Shown here: piece after piece, positions 9,116 to 17,469 of the stretch
How the letters are laid out: every line of letters begins with the position of its first letter
Numbering within the stretch: the first letter of the stretch is position 1
NCBI GenBank assembly: GCA_050181585.1
Contig: JBFXDA010000003.1
Location: forward strand, 80,607-144,606
Direction of reading: 5' to 3'
DNA length: 64,000 bases
From: Reyranellaceae bacterium
GTDB lineage: Bacteria; Pseudomonadota; Alphaproteobacteria; Reyranellales; JAQSWP01
Translations under genes and position numbers: made by a program
Notes under the pieces: model-generated
Database searches by the model: none
What the model was told of the DNA's origin: nothing
What the model saw: only the letters and a program-made list of their open reading frames with translations

Positions 9116-9982
9116 CTAATCCAGCTTCTGCCCCAGCCGTCCGGCCAGGTCCTGGATGAACTGCCAGGCGACGCGGCCGGAGCGGGAGCCGCGGGTGACC
9201 GACCATTCGACGGCCTGCGCCTTCCAGTCGGCTTCGGCGATCTTCAGCCCGTAATGGCGGACATAGCCGTCGATCATGGCGAAGAAGGTTTCCTGGTCGC
9301 AGTTGTGGAAGCCCAGCCACAGGCCGAAGCGGTCCGACAGCGAGACCTTCTCCTCCACCGCTTCGCTGGGGTTGATCGCCGTCGAGCGCTCGTTCTCGAT
9401 CATGTCGCGCGGCATCAGATGGCGGCGGTTGGAGGTGGCGTAGAAGACCACGTTGGTCGGCCGCCCTTCGATGCCGCCTTCCAGCACCGCCTTCAGCGAT
9501 TTGTACGCCGCGTCCTGGCCGTCGAAGGAAAGATCGTCGCAGAACAGGATCACGCGCCGCTCGGAAGTGCGCAGCAGCCCCAGCAGGCGCGGCAGCGAGG
9601 GAATGTCCTCGCGGTGGATTTCCACCAGCACCACCGGCTTCTTGCCGGCCGTCGCCAGCTCGGCATTGACGGCTTCGTGCACCGCCTTGACCAGCGACGA
9701 CTTGCCCGCGCCGCGCGCGCCCCACAGCAGGGCGTTGTTGGCCGGCAGGCCGCCGGCGAAGCGGCGCGTGTTGTCGAGCAGCGTCTGGCGCTGGCGTTCG
9801 ATGCCCTGCAGCAGCATGATGTGGACGCGATTGACCTGCGGCACCGGCTCCAGGCGGTTGTTCTCGGCATGCCAGGCGAAGGCGTCGGCGTCCTCCAGGG
9901 CGGGCCGCACCTCCTTGGCAGGGGCCAGCCGCTCCAGCGCATCGGCAATGCGCGCCAGCAAGGGCTGCAGGGCTTCGGACAT
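9116..9982 (-). CDS. DUF815-family AAA+ ATPase
   Basis: Start at MSEALQPLL (AAGGAGT RBS). Walker A LLWGARGAGKSSLVKAV. Overall similarity to the COG2607/DUF815 pattern. Confidence 0.75.
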   Translation of the reverse strand: MSEALQPLLARIADALERLAPAKEVRPALEDADAFAWHAENNRLEPVPQVNRVHIMLLQGIERQRQTLLDNTRRFAGGLPANNALLWGARGAGKSSLVKAVHEAVNAELATAGKKPVVLVEIHREDIPSLPRLLGLLRTSERRVILFCDDLSFDGQDAAYKSLKAVLEGGIEGRPTNVVFYATSNRRHLMPRDMIENERSTAINPSEAVEEKVSLSDRFGLWLGFHNCDQETFFAMIDGYVRHYGLKIAEADWKAQAVEWSVTRGSRSGRVAWQFIQDLAGRLGQKLD

Positions 9983-10080
9983 GACGGGATACTCCTTAGA
10001 CAGCGGACCAGGCCATCGTTTAGCATAAGCCCCTGAGTTTTCGAGACAAATGCGTTGAAACGGGCGTGGCAAACCCTACA

Positions 10081-10108
10081 TTGCAATTGCCTGTCAGGTG
10101 TTTATAGT
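10081..10108 (+). promoter_or_regulatory. candidate sigma70 promoter for yajC-secDF (TTGCAA-N16-TATAGT)
   Basis: -35 at 10081-10086 and -10 at 10103-10108, about 70 nt upstream of the yajC ATG. Confidence 0.4.
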
Positions 10109-10177
10109 CCGGCAGATTTTGCGTCCCGGCGGAGCCAGATTCTGTCGGTATGACCGAAGGTTAGCAGGGAGAATCCA

Positions 10178-10627
10178 ATGTTGATTTCCGAAGCCTACGC
10201 GCAAGGCGGCGGTGGCGGTCTGGGCGGCGAAGGCATCATGCAGTTCCTGCCGCTGGTCCTGATTTTCGTGGTCTTCTACTTCCTCCTGATCCGCCCGCAG
10301 CAGAAAAAGATGAAGGCGCATCGCGAGATGGTCGGGGCCGTGCGCCGCGGCGACCGGGTGATCACCGGCGGCGGCATGATCGGCCAGGTGGTCAAGGTCA
10401 TCAACGACGCCGAGGTCGACGTGCAGATCGCCGAGGGCGTCAAGGTGCGGATGCTGAAATCGACCATCACCGACGTCATCGCCCGCGGCGAGCCGGTCAA
10501 GGGCGCCAAGAAGGACGAGGACGAGGGCGAGGAAGCGGTCGACGAGGACGCGCCCGCGCTGCCGCCGCCTTCCCAGTCCAACCCCGGTCGCGGCGGGTTC
10601 GGCGGCCTGTTCGGCCCCCGGAAGTAG
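10178..10627 (+). CDS. yajC: preprotein translocase subunit YajC
   Basis: FLPLVLIFVVFYFLLIRPQQKKMKAHREM...GDRVITGGGMIGQV is the YajC core. Carries an acidic/Gly-rich C-terminal extension. Confidence 0.9.
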   Translation: MLISEAYAQGGGGGLGGEGIMQFLPLVLIFVVFYFLLIRPQQKKMKAHREMVGAVRRGDRVITGGGMIGQVVKVINDAEVDVQIAEGVKVRMLKSTITDVIARGEPVKGAKKDEDEGEEAVDEDAPALPPPSQSNPGRGGFGGLFGPRK

Positions 10628-10696
10628 GAATCGACAACCAGCGGCGCGGCCGGTCGACGGCCGCGTTTTCGTTCGCAGCAGGAAATCGACCGTCTC

Positions 10697-12271
10697 ATGA
10701 TGTACATGCCGACCTGGAAAGCCGTCCTGATCGTCGGGATCTGCTTGCTGGGTGTCATCCTCTGCATCCCCAATTTCTTCACCCAGCAGCAGCTGGAGAA
10801 GTTCCCCGGCTTCGTGCCCTCGCGCCAGATCGGCCTGGGCCTCGACCTCAAGGGCGGCGCGCATTTCCTGCTCGAGGTCGGCATCGGTCCGGTGATGCAG
10901 GAGCGGCTGGTCAGCCTGGCCGACACGGTGCGCGGCGAGCTGCGCCGCGAGCAGATCCGCTTCCGCGAGGTCGAGGTGCAGGGCGAGGCGGTGGCGGGCT
11001 CGCTGCGCGAGGCAGGCGACATGAGCCGGGCGCTGGAGATCGTCCGCCGCGCCGAGCAGGGCGTCGAGATCACGTCCTCGGGCGAAAATTTCCGCATCGT
11101 CTTCACGCCGCAGGCGATCGCCCAGCGCAAGACGCAGATCCTGGAGCAGTCGATCGAGATCCTGCGCCGGCGCGTCGACGAATCGGGCACCAAGGAGCCC
11201 ACCATCGTCCGCCAGGGCGACGACCGCATCCTGCTGCAGCTGCCCGGCGTCGACGACACCGGCCCGATCAAGGCCATCATCGGCAAGACCGCCAAGCTGG
11301 AATTCCGGCTGGTCAACGAGAACGTGTCGCCGGCCACGATCGGCGTCACCGGCGTGCCGCCCAACTCGGAAGTGCTGGACGGCCAGGACCGCGCCACCGC
11401 CGGCGGCGAAGCGGCGAAATACGTGGTGTTCAAGCGCATCGTGGTCGGCGGCGAATCGCTGACCGACGCGCAGCCGACCAACGACCGCGGCGCGTGGATC
11501 GTCTCCTTCAAGTTCGACAGCGCCGGCGGTCGGCGCTTCTGCCAGACGACCACCGACAACGTGCAGAAGCGACTGGCGATTGTGCTCGACAACAAGGTCA
11601 TCAGCGCGCCCGTCATCCAGTCGCCGATCTGCGGCGGTTCGGGCATCATCACCGGCCAGTTCACCGTCGAGTCGGCCACCGAGCTGGCGCTGCTGCTGCG
11701 CGCCGGCGCGCTGCCGGCCTCGCTGACCTTCATCGAGGAGCGCACCGTCGGCCCCGAGCTGGGCGCCGACTCCATCCAGGCCGGCGAGATCGCCACCGCG
11801 GTCGGCTCGGCCCTGGTGGTGGTGTTCATGATCGCCTGCTACGGCATGTTCGGGGTCGTGGCGATCGTGGCGCTGTTCTTCAACCTGGTCTGGGTGTTCG
11901 CCGCCATGTCGGTGCTGGGCGCGTCGCTGACGCTGCCGGGCATCGCCGGCATCGTGCTGACCGTAGGCATGTCGGTCGACGCCAACGTGCTGATCTACGA
12001 GCGCGTGCGCGAGGAGGCGCGGCTGGGCCGAACGCCGATCTCGGCGCTGGACGCGGGCTACGACCGCGCCATGTCGTCGATCGTCGACGGCAACCTGACG
12101 ACGCTGATCTCCGGCATCATCCTGTTCGCGCTGGGCTCCGGCCCGATCCGCGGCTTCGCCGTCACGCTGTCGCTGGGCATCATCGTCTCGATGTTCACCG
12201 CCATCATGCTGACGCGCCTGATCTTCATCTGGTGGCTGCGCTGGAAGCGGCCGACCACGCTCAACATCTGA
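10697..12271 (+). CDS. secD: protein translocase subunit SecD
   Basis: 524 aa. Contains GLDLKGGAHFLLEV, LPGVDD and C-terminal RND-like TM segments (LTLPGIAGIVLTVGMSVDANVLIYERVREE). Confidence 0.95.
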   Translation: MMYMPTWKAVLIVGICLLGVILCIPNFFTQQQLEKFPGFVPSRQIGLGLDLKGGAHFLLEVGIGPVMQERLVSLADTVRGELRREQIRFREVEVQGEAVAGSLREAGDMSRALEIVRRAEQGVEITSSGENFRIVFTPQAIAQRKTQILEQSIEILRRRVDESGTKEPTIVRQGDDRILLQLPGVDDTGPIKAIIGKTAKLEFRLVNENVSPATIGVTGVPPNSEVLDGQDRATAGGEAAKYVVFKRIVVGGESLTDAQPTNDRGAWIVSFKFDSAGGRRFCQTTTDNVQKRLAIVLDNKVISAPVIQSPICGGSGIITGQFTVESATELALLLRAGALPASLTFIEERTVGPELGADSIQAGEIATAVGSALVVVFMIACYGMFGVVAIVALFFNLVWVFAAMSVLGASLTLPGIAGIVLTVGMSVDANVLIYERVREEARLGRTPISALDAGYDRAMSSIVDGNLTTLISGIILFALGSGPIRGFAVTLSLGIIVSMFTAIMLTRLIFIWWLRWKRPTTLNI

Positions 12272-12281
12272 GGGCCGGGCC

Positions 12282-13469
12282 ATGGCGTTCTTCCGTCCGC
12301 TGCACCTGATCCCGCACGGCACCAAGTTCAACTTCATGCGTCCACGCATCTTCGCGCTGGTGTTCTCGACGCTGATGAACATCGCCTCGGTGATCCTGGT
12401 GTTCACCGTCGGCTTCAATCTCGGCATCGACTTCAAGGGCGGCGTGCTGCTGGAAGTGCAAACCCCAGGCAAGGCCGACCTGTCCGCCATCCGCCAGACG
12501 GTCGGCAATCTGGAACTGGGCGACGTGGCGCTGCAGGAATTCGGCCAGGACAACGTGGTGCTGATCCGCATCCAGCGCCAGGAGGCGGGCCAGGCGTGTT
12601 TCGCCAACGCGGTGGGCGTGCTGAACAAGACCCGGGGCGCGGGCCACACGCTGCGCGAGGTCCAGCTCGACGACAGCCGCGCCCGCGTGCGCATCGGCAC
12701 GCCGCAGCCGGTGACGGCGCAGTCGCTGCCGGCCCTGGCCGGCGCGGTCAACGTTTCCGACCGCATGATGCAGGCCGAGGAGGGCGGCGCGGTGATCGCC
12801 ATGGAGCGCGGCCAGGCCGACGAATGGTGCCAGCAGGTGGCGATCAAGACGGTCGAGGCAGCGCTGGGCGAGGGCTATGTCGAGCGCCGCACCGAATCGG
12901 TCGGTCCCAAGGTCGGCAGCGAACTGGTGCAGACCGGCGTCATCGCCGGCATCATCACTATGGTCGGCATCGTGATCTACATCTGGTTCCGGTTCGAATG
13001 GCAGTTCGCGGTCGGCGCGCTGATCGCGCTGCTGCACGACGTGCTGACGACGCTGGGCCTGTTCGCCATCACCCAGCTCGAGTTCAACCTGGCGTCGCTG
13101 GCGGCGGTGCTGACCATCGCCGGCTACTCGGTCAACGACACGGTGGTGGTGTTCGACCGCGTGCGCGAGAACATGCGCAAGTACAAGAAGATGCCGCTGA
13201 TCGACCTGCTCAATCTCAGCCTCAACGACACGCTGTCGCGTACCGTGATGACGGCGGGCACCACTTTCCTGGCGGTGCTGGCCCTGGTGCTGCTGGGCGG
13301 GCCGGTGATCCAGGGCTTTTCGATCGCCATGCTGTGGGGCGTGATCGTCGGCACCTATTCCTCGATCTGGATGGCCTGCGCCATCCTGGTCTATATCGGC
13401 GTGCGCGACGGCTCGACCGTCATCAAGGACGAGCACGACAAGGCGCAGGCCGAAGCGGCCAAGCCGTAA
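12282..13469 (+). CDS. secF: protein translocase subunit SecF (long form)
   Basis: GIDFKGG...ESVGPKVGSEL...YSVNDTVVVFDRVREN motifs. 395 aa because of an extra periplasmic segment (see findings). Confidence 0.9.
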   Translation: MAFFRPLHLIPHGTKFNFMRPRIFALVFSTLMNIASVILVFTVGFNLGIDFKGGVLLEVQTPGKADLSAIRQTVGNLELGDVALQEFGQDNVVLIRIQRQEAGQACFANAVGVLNKTRGAGHTLREVQLDDSRARVRIGTPQPVTAQSLPALAGAVNVSDRMMQAEEGGAVIAMERGQADEWCQQVAIKTVEAALGEGYVERRTESVGPKVGSELVQTGVIAGIITMVGIVIYIWFRFEWQFAVGALIALLHDVLTTLGLFAITQLEFNLASLAAVLTIAGYSVNDTVVVFDRVRENMRKYKKMPLIDLLNLSLNDTLSRTVMTAGTTFLAVLALVLLGGPVIQGFSIAMLWGVIVGTYSSIWMACAILVYIGVRDGSTVIKDEHDKAQAEAAKP

Positions 13470-13484
13470 GCGGCCAAGCCCCGC

Positions 13485-13871
13485 GTGATCGACGACAAGA
13501 CGCTGCCGACGCCGAGGCCGGAAGACCGCCAGGTCATTCAGTCCTACGGTCCCGGCCGCTTCCGCATCTCCAACGTGACGTACGAGCATGCCGTGCTGGT
13601 GCTGCCCGAGCGCACCTTGCGCTGGGCGGTATCGGATTCCGATCCGCTGGCCATCGCGCCGCTGGCGCCGCTGCGCGAGGCGGGCGAGGTGAATATCCTG
13701 CTGATCGGCGGCGGCGGGCGCGCCCTGCCGGTGCCGCAGGATTTGCGCCTCTGGCTGCGTCAGGCGGGCATCGTGGCCGATGCGATGGACACGGGCGCGG
13801 CGTGCCGGACCTATGGCGTGCTGCTGGCCGAAGGCCGCCGCGTCGCCGCGGCGCTGCTGCCCGTGCCGTGA
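13485..13871 (+). CDS. Mth938-like (DUF498 / NDUFAF3-like) protein
   Basis: 128 aa, GTG start. IQSYGPGRFRISNVTYEHAVLVLP...ILLIGGG...GIVADAMDTGAACRTYGVL matches the Mth938 domain pattern. Confidence 0.75.
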   Translation: MIDDKTLPTPRPEDRQVIQSYGPGRFRISNVTYEHAVLVLPERTLRWAVSDSDPLAIAPLAPLREAGEVNILLIGGGGRALPVPQDLRLWLRQAGIVADAMDTGAACRTYGVLLAEGRRVAAALLPVP

Positions 13872-13899
13872 AAAGAGAACGGGGCCCGCAGGCCCCGTT
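13872..13899 (-). terminator. rho-independent terminator for the minus-strand membrane-protein gene
   Basis: 9-bp GC stem aacggggcc/ggccccgtt with loop cgca. On the minus strand it is followed by CTCTTTT. Lies between convergent stops at 13871 and 13922. Confidence 0.55.
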
Positions 13900-13921
13900 C
13901 GGATCGGAAGCGATCGCCGGC

Positions 13922-14530
13922 TTACAGGCCGGCGTTCTGCGCCGCCACCATGCAGAACAGCATGGGGATCGACAGCAGCGTGTTGGTGCGCGAGAACAGC
14001 ATCGCCATGCGGGCCGACTTGGCCTTCACGTCGGGCGCGGCATCGACCAGGCCCAGCGCGCGCTGCTGGTTCGGCCAGATCACGAACCAGACATTGTAGG
14101 CCATGATCAGGCCCAGCCACATGCCGATGCCGATTACCGTCTGGCCGGTGACGCCGGACTGCACGATGCCGAGCGTCAGGGCGTTGACGATGTAGCCGTT
14201 CATGAGCGCCAGGATCAGTCCGGTCAGCACCGTGGCGGCGGCGCCCCAGCGGAACCAGAACAGGGCGGCCGGCGCGATCACCTTGCCGATCGCCGGTTTC
14301 TGCTCGTCCGGGATCTTTGGCATGTTGGGGATCTGCACGAAGTTGAAGTAATAGAGCAGGCCGATCCACATGATGCCGCTCAGCACGTGCAGCCAGCGGA
14401 ACACGAACGCGCCCCAGCCGTGGTCGAAGGCCGGGAAGCCGCGGATCGCGCCCACGATGACGAAAATGGCGAGCAGCAGGACGAAGCCGGCAATCACCGT
14501 CCGCTGCAAGGATTGAAGAATGGTGGCCAT
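13922..14530 (-). CDS. PuuD-like (COG3748) integral membrane protein, no cytochrome c domain
   Basis: Start at MATILQSL. About 5 TM segments. WLHVLSGIMWIGLLYYFNFVQIP resembles the membrane domain of urate hydroxylase PuuD-type proteins. Assignment is from memory. Confidence 0.5.
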   Translation of the reverse strand: MATILQSLQRTVIAGFVLLLAIFVIVGAIRGFPAFDHGWGAFVFRWLHVLSGIMWIGLLYYFNFVQIPNMPKIPDEQKPAIGKVIAPAALFWFRWGAAATVLTGLILALMNGYIVNALTLGIVQSGVTGQTVIGIGMWLGLIMAYNVWFVIWPNQQRALGLVDAAPDVKAKSARMAMLFSRTNTLLSIPMLFCMVAAQNAGL

Positions 14531-14614
14531 GACTCTCCCCTTATGGCTCCGTGAAACTGCCCAAGATTCTAGCAGAGCCTTCCGGTATCGCAAGCAAGCC
14601 TTGGGATAACTGCC

Positions 14615-15364
14615 TCAGGGCGAAGGAGAATTTCCTCCTCTCCGGCGATAGCGCCAGCGCAGCAGCAGACGGTCGAGGAAAGTGACGGCGACCGGCCGCA
14701 CATTGGGCGTGCGCAGCGCCAGACGCGACTGCAGGCGTCGCAGCAGAAACAGCGTCGCCAGGGCGCCCTGGCGCAGCGCCTCGTTGTGAATCGCCGTCAG
14801 GCCGCGCTCGGCCGCCAGCAGCATTTCTTCCAGCCGCGCCAGGCCGTTGGCATAGGCGGTGTCGAGGGCGGCGCTGCGCCGGCCGGCGCGCAGCCAGGTC
14901 GCGATGTCGGTGCCGGCGGGAAACCACTGGACCGGCAGCAGCATGCGGCCGCTGTCGCGAAAGCTTTGCGGGGCCTGCTGTAGAATGGCCGCCAGCCCCA
15001 CGGCCAGCATCAGCGCGTCCATCGGCGGCTGGGCGATGGCGGCTTCGCTGTGCAAGGCCAGCATGGCGCGCCCGAAGGGCACGACCGCGAAGCGCAGATG
15101 ATTGTGCAGATCGCTCCAGTTCTGGAACAGAACGCCCTCGCCGGCGGCGGCCTCGCGCGCGAAAGCCTGCCGCATCAGGGCAAGCTGCGGCGCGAGCCGG
15201 GGATCCTCGCTGGCGACGTCGCCGTCGCCGCGGCTGAGCTGGCGCAGCCAGCGGAAAAACTGCCGCCCCTGCTCGCCATGCGCGCGGTCCAGCCGGTCGA
15301 CCAGCGGCTGCAGCAGTTTCAGCGCGGCATCGGCATATCCGGAGAGTGTCGGCGCGGAGGGCAT
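14615..15364 (-). CDS. divergent squalene/phytoene-synthase-fold protein (HpnC-like, Asp-rich motifs degenerate)
   Basis: Start at MPSAPTLSGY. Segments NWSDLHNHLRFAVVPFGRAMLALHSE and MDALMLAVGLAAILQQAPQSFRDSGRMLLPVQWF line up with HpnC ...DWDDL..YC..SA.PVGR..L..HGE and ...L..NHLQDCGKD......VYLP, as I recall them. Confidence 0.5.
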   Translation of the reverse strand: MPSAPTLSGYADAALKLLQPLVDRLDRAHGEQGRQFFRWLRQLSRGDGDVASEDPRLAPQLALMRQAFAREAAAGEGVLFQNWSDLHNHLRFAVVPFGRAMLALHSEAAIAQPPMDALMLAVGLAAILQQAPQSFRDSGRMLLPVQWFPAGTDIATWLRAGRRSAALDTAYANGLARLEEMLLAAERGLTAIHNEALRQGALATLFLLRRLQSRLALRTPNVRPVAVTFLDRLLLRWRYRRRGGNSPSP

Positions 15365-15417
15365 GGTCTGAGGGGTTTTATGGCATAAACGGCATGGACA
15401 GGGATGGGCGTTTTGCA

Positions 15418-16269
15418 ATGGCCGAGACCGAGGAGTGGAATCGTCTGTGCGCCGAACAGGTTCGGCTGCAGGACTACGACCACTATCTTTGCGGCCTTTT
15501 CGCGCCCGAGGAAGCGCGCGCCGGCCTCTATGCGCTTTATGCCTTCAACGCCGAGATCGCGCGCACGCCGGAGCTGGTCAGCGAACCGCTGCTGGGCCGC
15601 ATCCGCCTGCAATGGTGGCGCGACGCCATCGCCGCCGCCGCTGCCGGCGGCGGGCCGCACCATCAGGTGGTGCAGGCCCTGGCCCAGGCCTTCTCGCGCT
15701 TCGCCCTGCCGCGGCAGGAATTCGAGACCATGCTGCGGGCTCGCGAGCAGGAGGTCGAGAACGAGCCGATCGAGGACTATCCTGCGCTCGAACGCCTGGC
15801 CCGGGCGACCGCCGGCAGCCTGACCGGCTTGAGCCTGGCCTGCCTCGGCGCCCGCCAGCCGCGCGCCTTGCGCGCCGGGCGGCATGTCGGGATCGCCTAT
15901 GCGCTGACCGGACTGCTGCGGGCGGTGCCGTTCCATGCCGCGCAGCGGCGGCTCTATCTGCCGCGCGACCGGCTGCAGGCGGCGGGGGTTTCGACGGAGG
16001 CCCTGTTCGACGGCCGCAAACAGGCGGCGCTGCCGGTGGTGATCGCCGGCATCGCCGCCGAGGCGCGCCGGCATTTGCGGCTGGCCCGGCGGATGCGGGC
16101 GGGGATTCCGACCGCCGCCTTGCCGGCGCTGCTGCCGGCCACCTTGCTCGACGGCTACCTGTCGCGGCTGGCGCGGCAGAAATACGACGTCTACAGCCCG
16201 AAAATCGACCTGCCGCCGCTGGCGCGCCAGCTCCGGCTGGCGTGGAAAGCCTCTATCCGCCGGTTCTGA
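15418..16269 (+). CDS. phytoene/squalene synthase family protein (NDUFAF6-like)
   Basis: MAETEEWNRLC...YALYAFNAEIARTPE...RIRLQWWRDAI...RLYLPRD pattern of the alphaproteobacterial NDUFAF6 homologue. An alternative ATG exists at 15394. Confidence 0.7.
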   Translation: MAETEEWNRLCAEQVRLQDYDHYLCGLFAPEEARAGLYALYAFNAEIARTPELVSEPLLGRIRLQWWRDAIAAAAAGGGPHHQVVQALAQAFSRFALPRQEFETMLRAREQEVENEPIEDYPALERLARATAGSLTGLSLACLGARQPRALRAGRHVGIAYALTGLLRAVPFHAAQRRLYLPRDRLQAAGVSTEALFDGRKQAALPVVIAGIAAEARRHLRLARRMRAGIPTAALPALLPATLLDGYLSRLARQKYDVYSPKIDLPPLARQLRLAWKASIRRF

Positions 16270-16297
16270 AAGGGAAAATCGGTCTGGTCTGATCCCA

Positions 16298-16330
16298 TTG
16301 ACAATACTTGAACAACTATTTAAATGTTCA
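16298..16330 (+). promoter_or_regulatory. arsR promoter region with TGAACA-N10-TGTTCA operator dyad
   Basis: TTGACA at 16298-16303. Perfect inverted repeat tgaaca(16309-16314)/tgttca(16325-16330) around an AT-rich core, 4 nt before the arsR ATG. Resembles SmtB/CzrA-type operators. Confidence 0.55.
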
Positions 16331-16333
16331 GGC

Positions 16334-16633
16334 ATGAGTAATGACGGGCTGATCGTCCAATTGTCGGAAATCTTCAAGCTGCTGGGCGACGCCACGCGGC
16401 TGCGCATCGCCATGCTGTGCCTGCACGAGCGGGTCAGCGTCGGCGCCATCGCCGAACGGCTGGACCTGTCGGTGTCGCTGGTCAGCCATCACCTGCGCCT
16501 GCTGCGCGCCGCCCGCATCCTGCGCGCCGAGCGCGAGGGCAAGCAGGTGTTCTATGTCGCCGCCGACCATCACGTGCGGCAGATCCTCGACGACATGACC
16601 GCCCATATCGGCGAGACGCATGAGGAGATGTGA
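16334..16633 (+). CDS. ArsR/SmtB-family metal-sensing repressor (alpha5-type site)
   Basis: FKLLGDATRLRIAMLC...ERLDLSVSLVSHHLRLLR is the wHTH. C-terminal DHHVRQILDDMTAHIGETHEE resembles the CzrA/SmtB alpha5 D-x-H-x10-H site. Confidence 0.85.
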   Translation: MSNDGLIVQLSEIFKLLGDATRLRIAMLCLHERVSVGAIAERLDLSVSLVSHHLRLLRAARILRAEREGKQVFYVAADHHVRQILDDMTAHIGETHEEM

Positions 16634-16634
16634 G

Positions 16635-17309
16635 ATGTCGGCCTCCTGTTCGCATCACAATCATTCGCCCGGCCATGGTCACGGTCATGGCCACGGCCAT
16701 GCGCCGGCCGACGGGAAGTTCCGCCGTGCGCTGTGGATCGCGCTGGCGCTGAACGCGGGCATGTTCGTGGTCGAGCTGGCGACGGCGCAGGCCGCCGCCT
16801 CGACCGCGCTGCTGGCCGACTCGGTGGATTTCCTCAGCGACGCGGTGAATTACGGGCTGAGCCTGTTCGTGCTGTCGATGGCGCTGGCGGCGCGCAGCAA
16901 GGTGGCGCTGTTCAAGGGCCTCACCATGCTGGTCTTCGGCCTGTGGGTGATCGGCCAGGCGGCCTGGCATGCCTGCACCGGCGTCGTGCCCGAGCCCGTC
17001 GCCATGGGCGTGGTCGGCTTCCTGGCGCTGGCGGCCAATCTCGCCACCGCCCTGATCCTCTACGTCCATCGCGACGGCGACAGCAACCGCCGCTCGGTGT
17101 GGCTGTGCTCGCGCAACGACGCCATCGGCAATGTCGCGGTGATGGCGGCGGCGGTCGGCGTGTTCGGCACCGGCACCGGTTGGCCCGACGTCATCGTGGC
17201 CGGCATCATGGCCGTGCTGGCGCTGCATTCGGGCTGGCAGGTGGTGCGGCTGGCGCGGGCGGAGCTGCGCGGCGGTTCCGCCGCTGCGGCGGGCGTGCCG
17301 GCGGAATAA
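16635..17309 (+). CDS. cation diffusion facilitator (CDF) transporter, His-rich N-terminus, no cytoplasmic C-terminal domain
   Basis: ATG lies 1 nt after the arsR stop. N-terminal HHNHSPGHGHGHGHGH. Six predicted TMs with DSVDFLSD (TM2) and RNDAIGN (TM5). Ends about 20 aa after TM6. Confidence 0.8.
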   Translation: MSASCSHHNHSPGHGHGHGHGHAPADGKFRRALWIALALNAGMFVVELATAQAAASTALLADSVDFLSDAVNYGLSLFVLSMALAARSKVALFKGLTMLVFGLWVIGQAAWHACTGVVPEPVAMGVVGFLALAANLATALILYVHRDGDSNRRSVWLCSRNDAIGNVAVMAAAVGVFGTGTGWPDVIVAGIMAVLALHSGWQVVRLARAELRGGSAAAAGVPAE

Positions 17310-17332
17310 GCAGAGGCTCTCTCGAATTGCGC

Positions 17333-17380
17333 CCCTCTCCCGCTTGCGGGAGAGGGTGGCCAACGGCCGGGTGAGGGTGT
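17333..17380 (-). repeat. diverged unit of the nested-palindrome repeat family (reverse orientation)
   Basis: ccctctcccgcttgcgggagaggg hairpin followed by ...gggtgagggtgt. Compare the right arms at 52789..52836 and 59710..59758. Confidence 0.6.
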
Positions 17381-17397
17381 GCGGTCGCGGATGCAGG

Positions 17398-17446
17398 ACA
17401 CCCTCATCCGCCCTTCGGGCACCTTCTCCCGCAAGCGGGAGAAGGG
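17398..17446 (+). repeat. unit of the nested-palindrome repeat family (forward orientation)
   Basis: acaccctcatccgcccttcgggcaccttctcccgcaagcgggagaaggg, identical to the units at 52686 and 59633. Confidence 0.8.
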
Positions 17447-17469
17447 CGTTTGTTTGGGGGAGCTCGACT

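Noticed and set aside
10094-12847. 917-aa ORF on the minus strand (with the related ORFs 10276..11829 and 12261..14369).
   Set aside because: Antisense to yajC/secD/secF, whose products are unmistakable. The translation is Arg/Ala/Gly/Asp-rich low complexity with no motif. This is the usual stop-codon-poor shadow frame of high-GC DNA.
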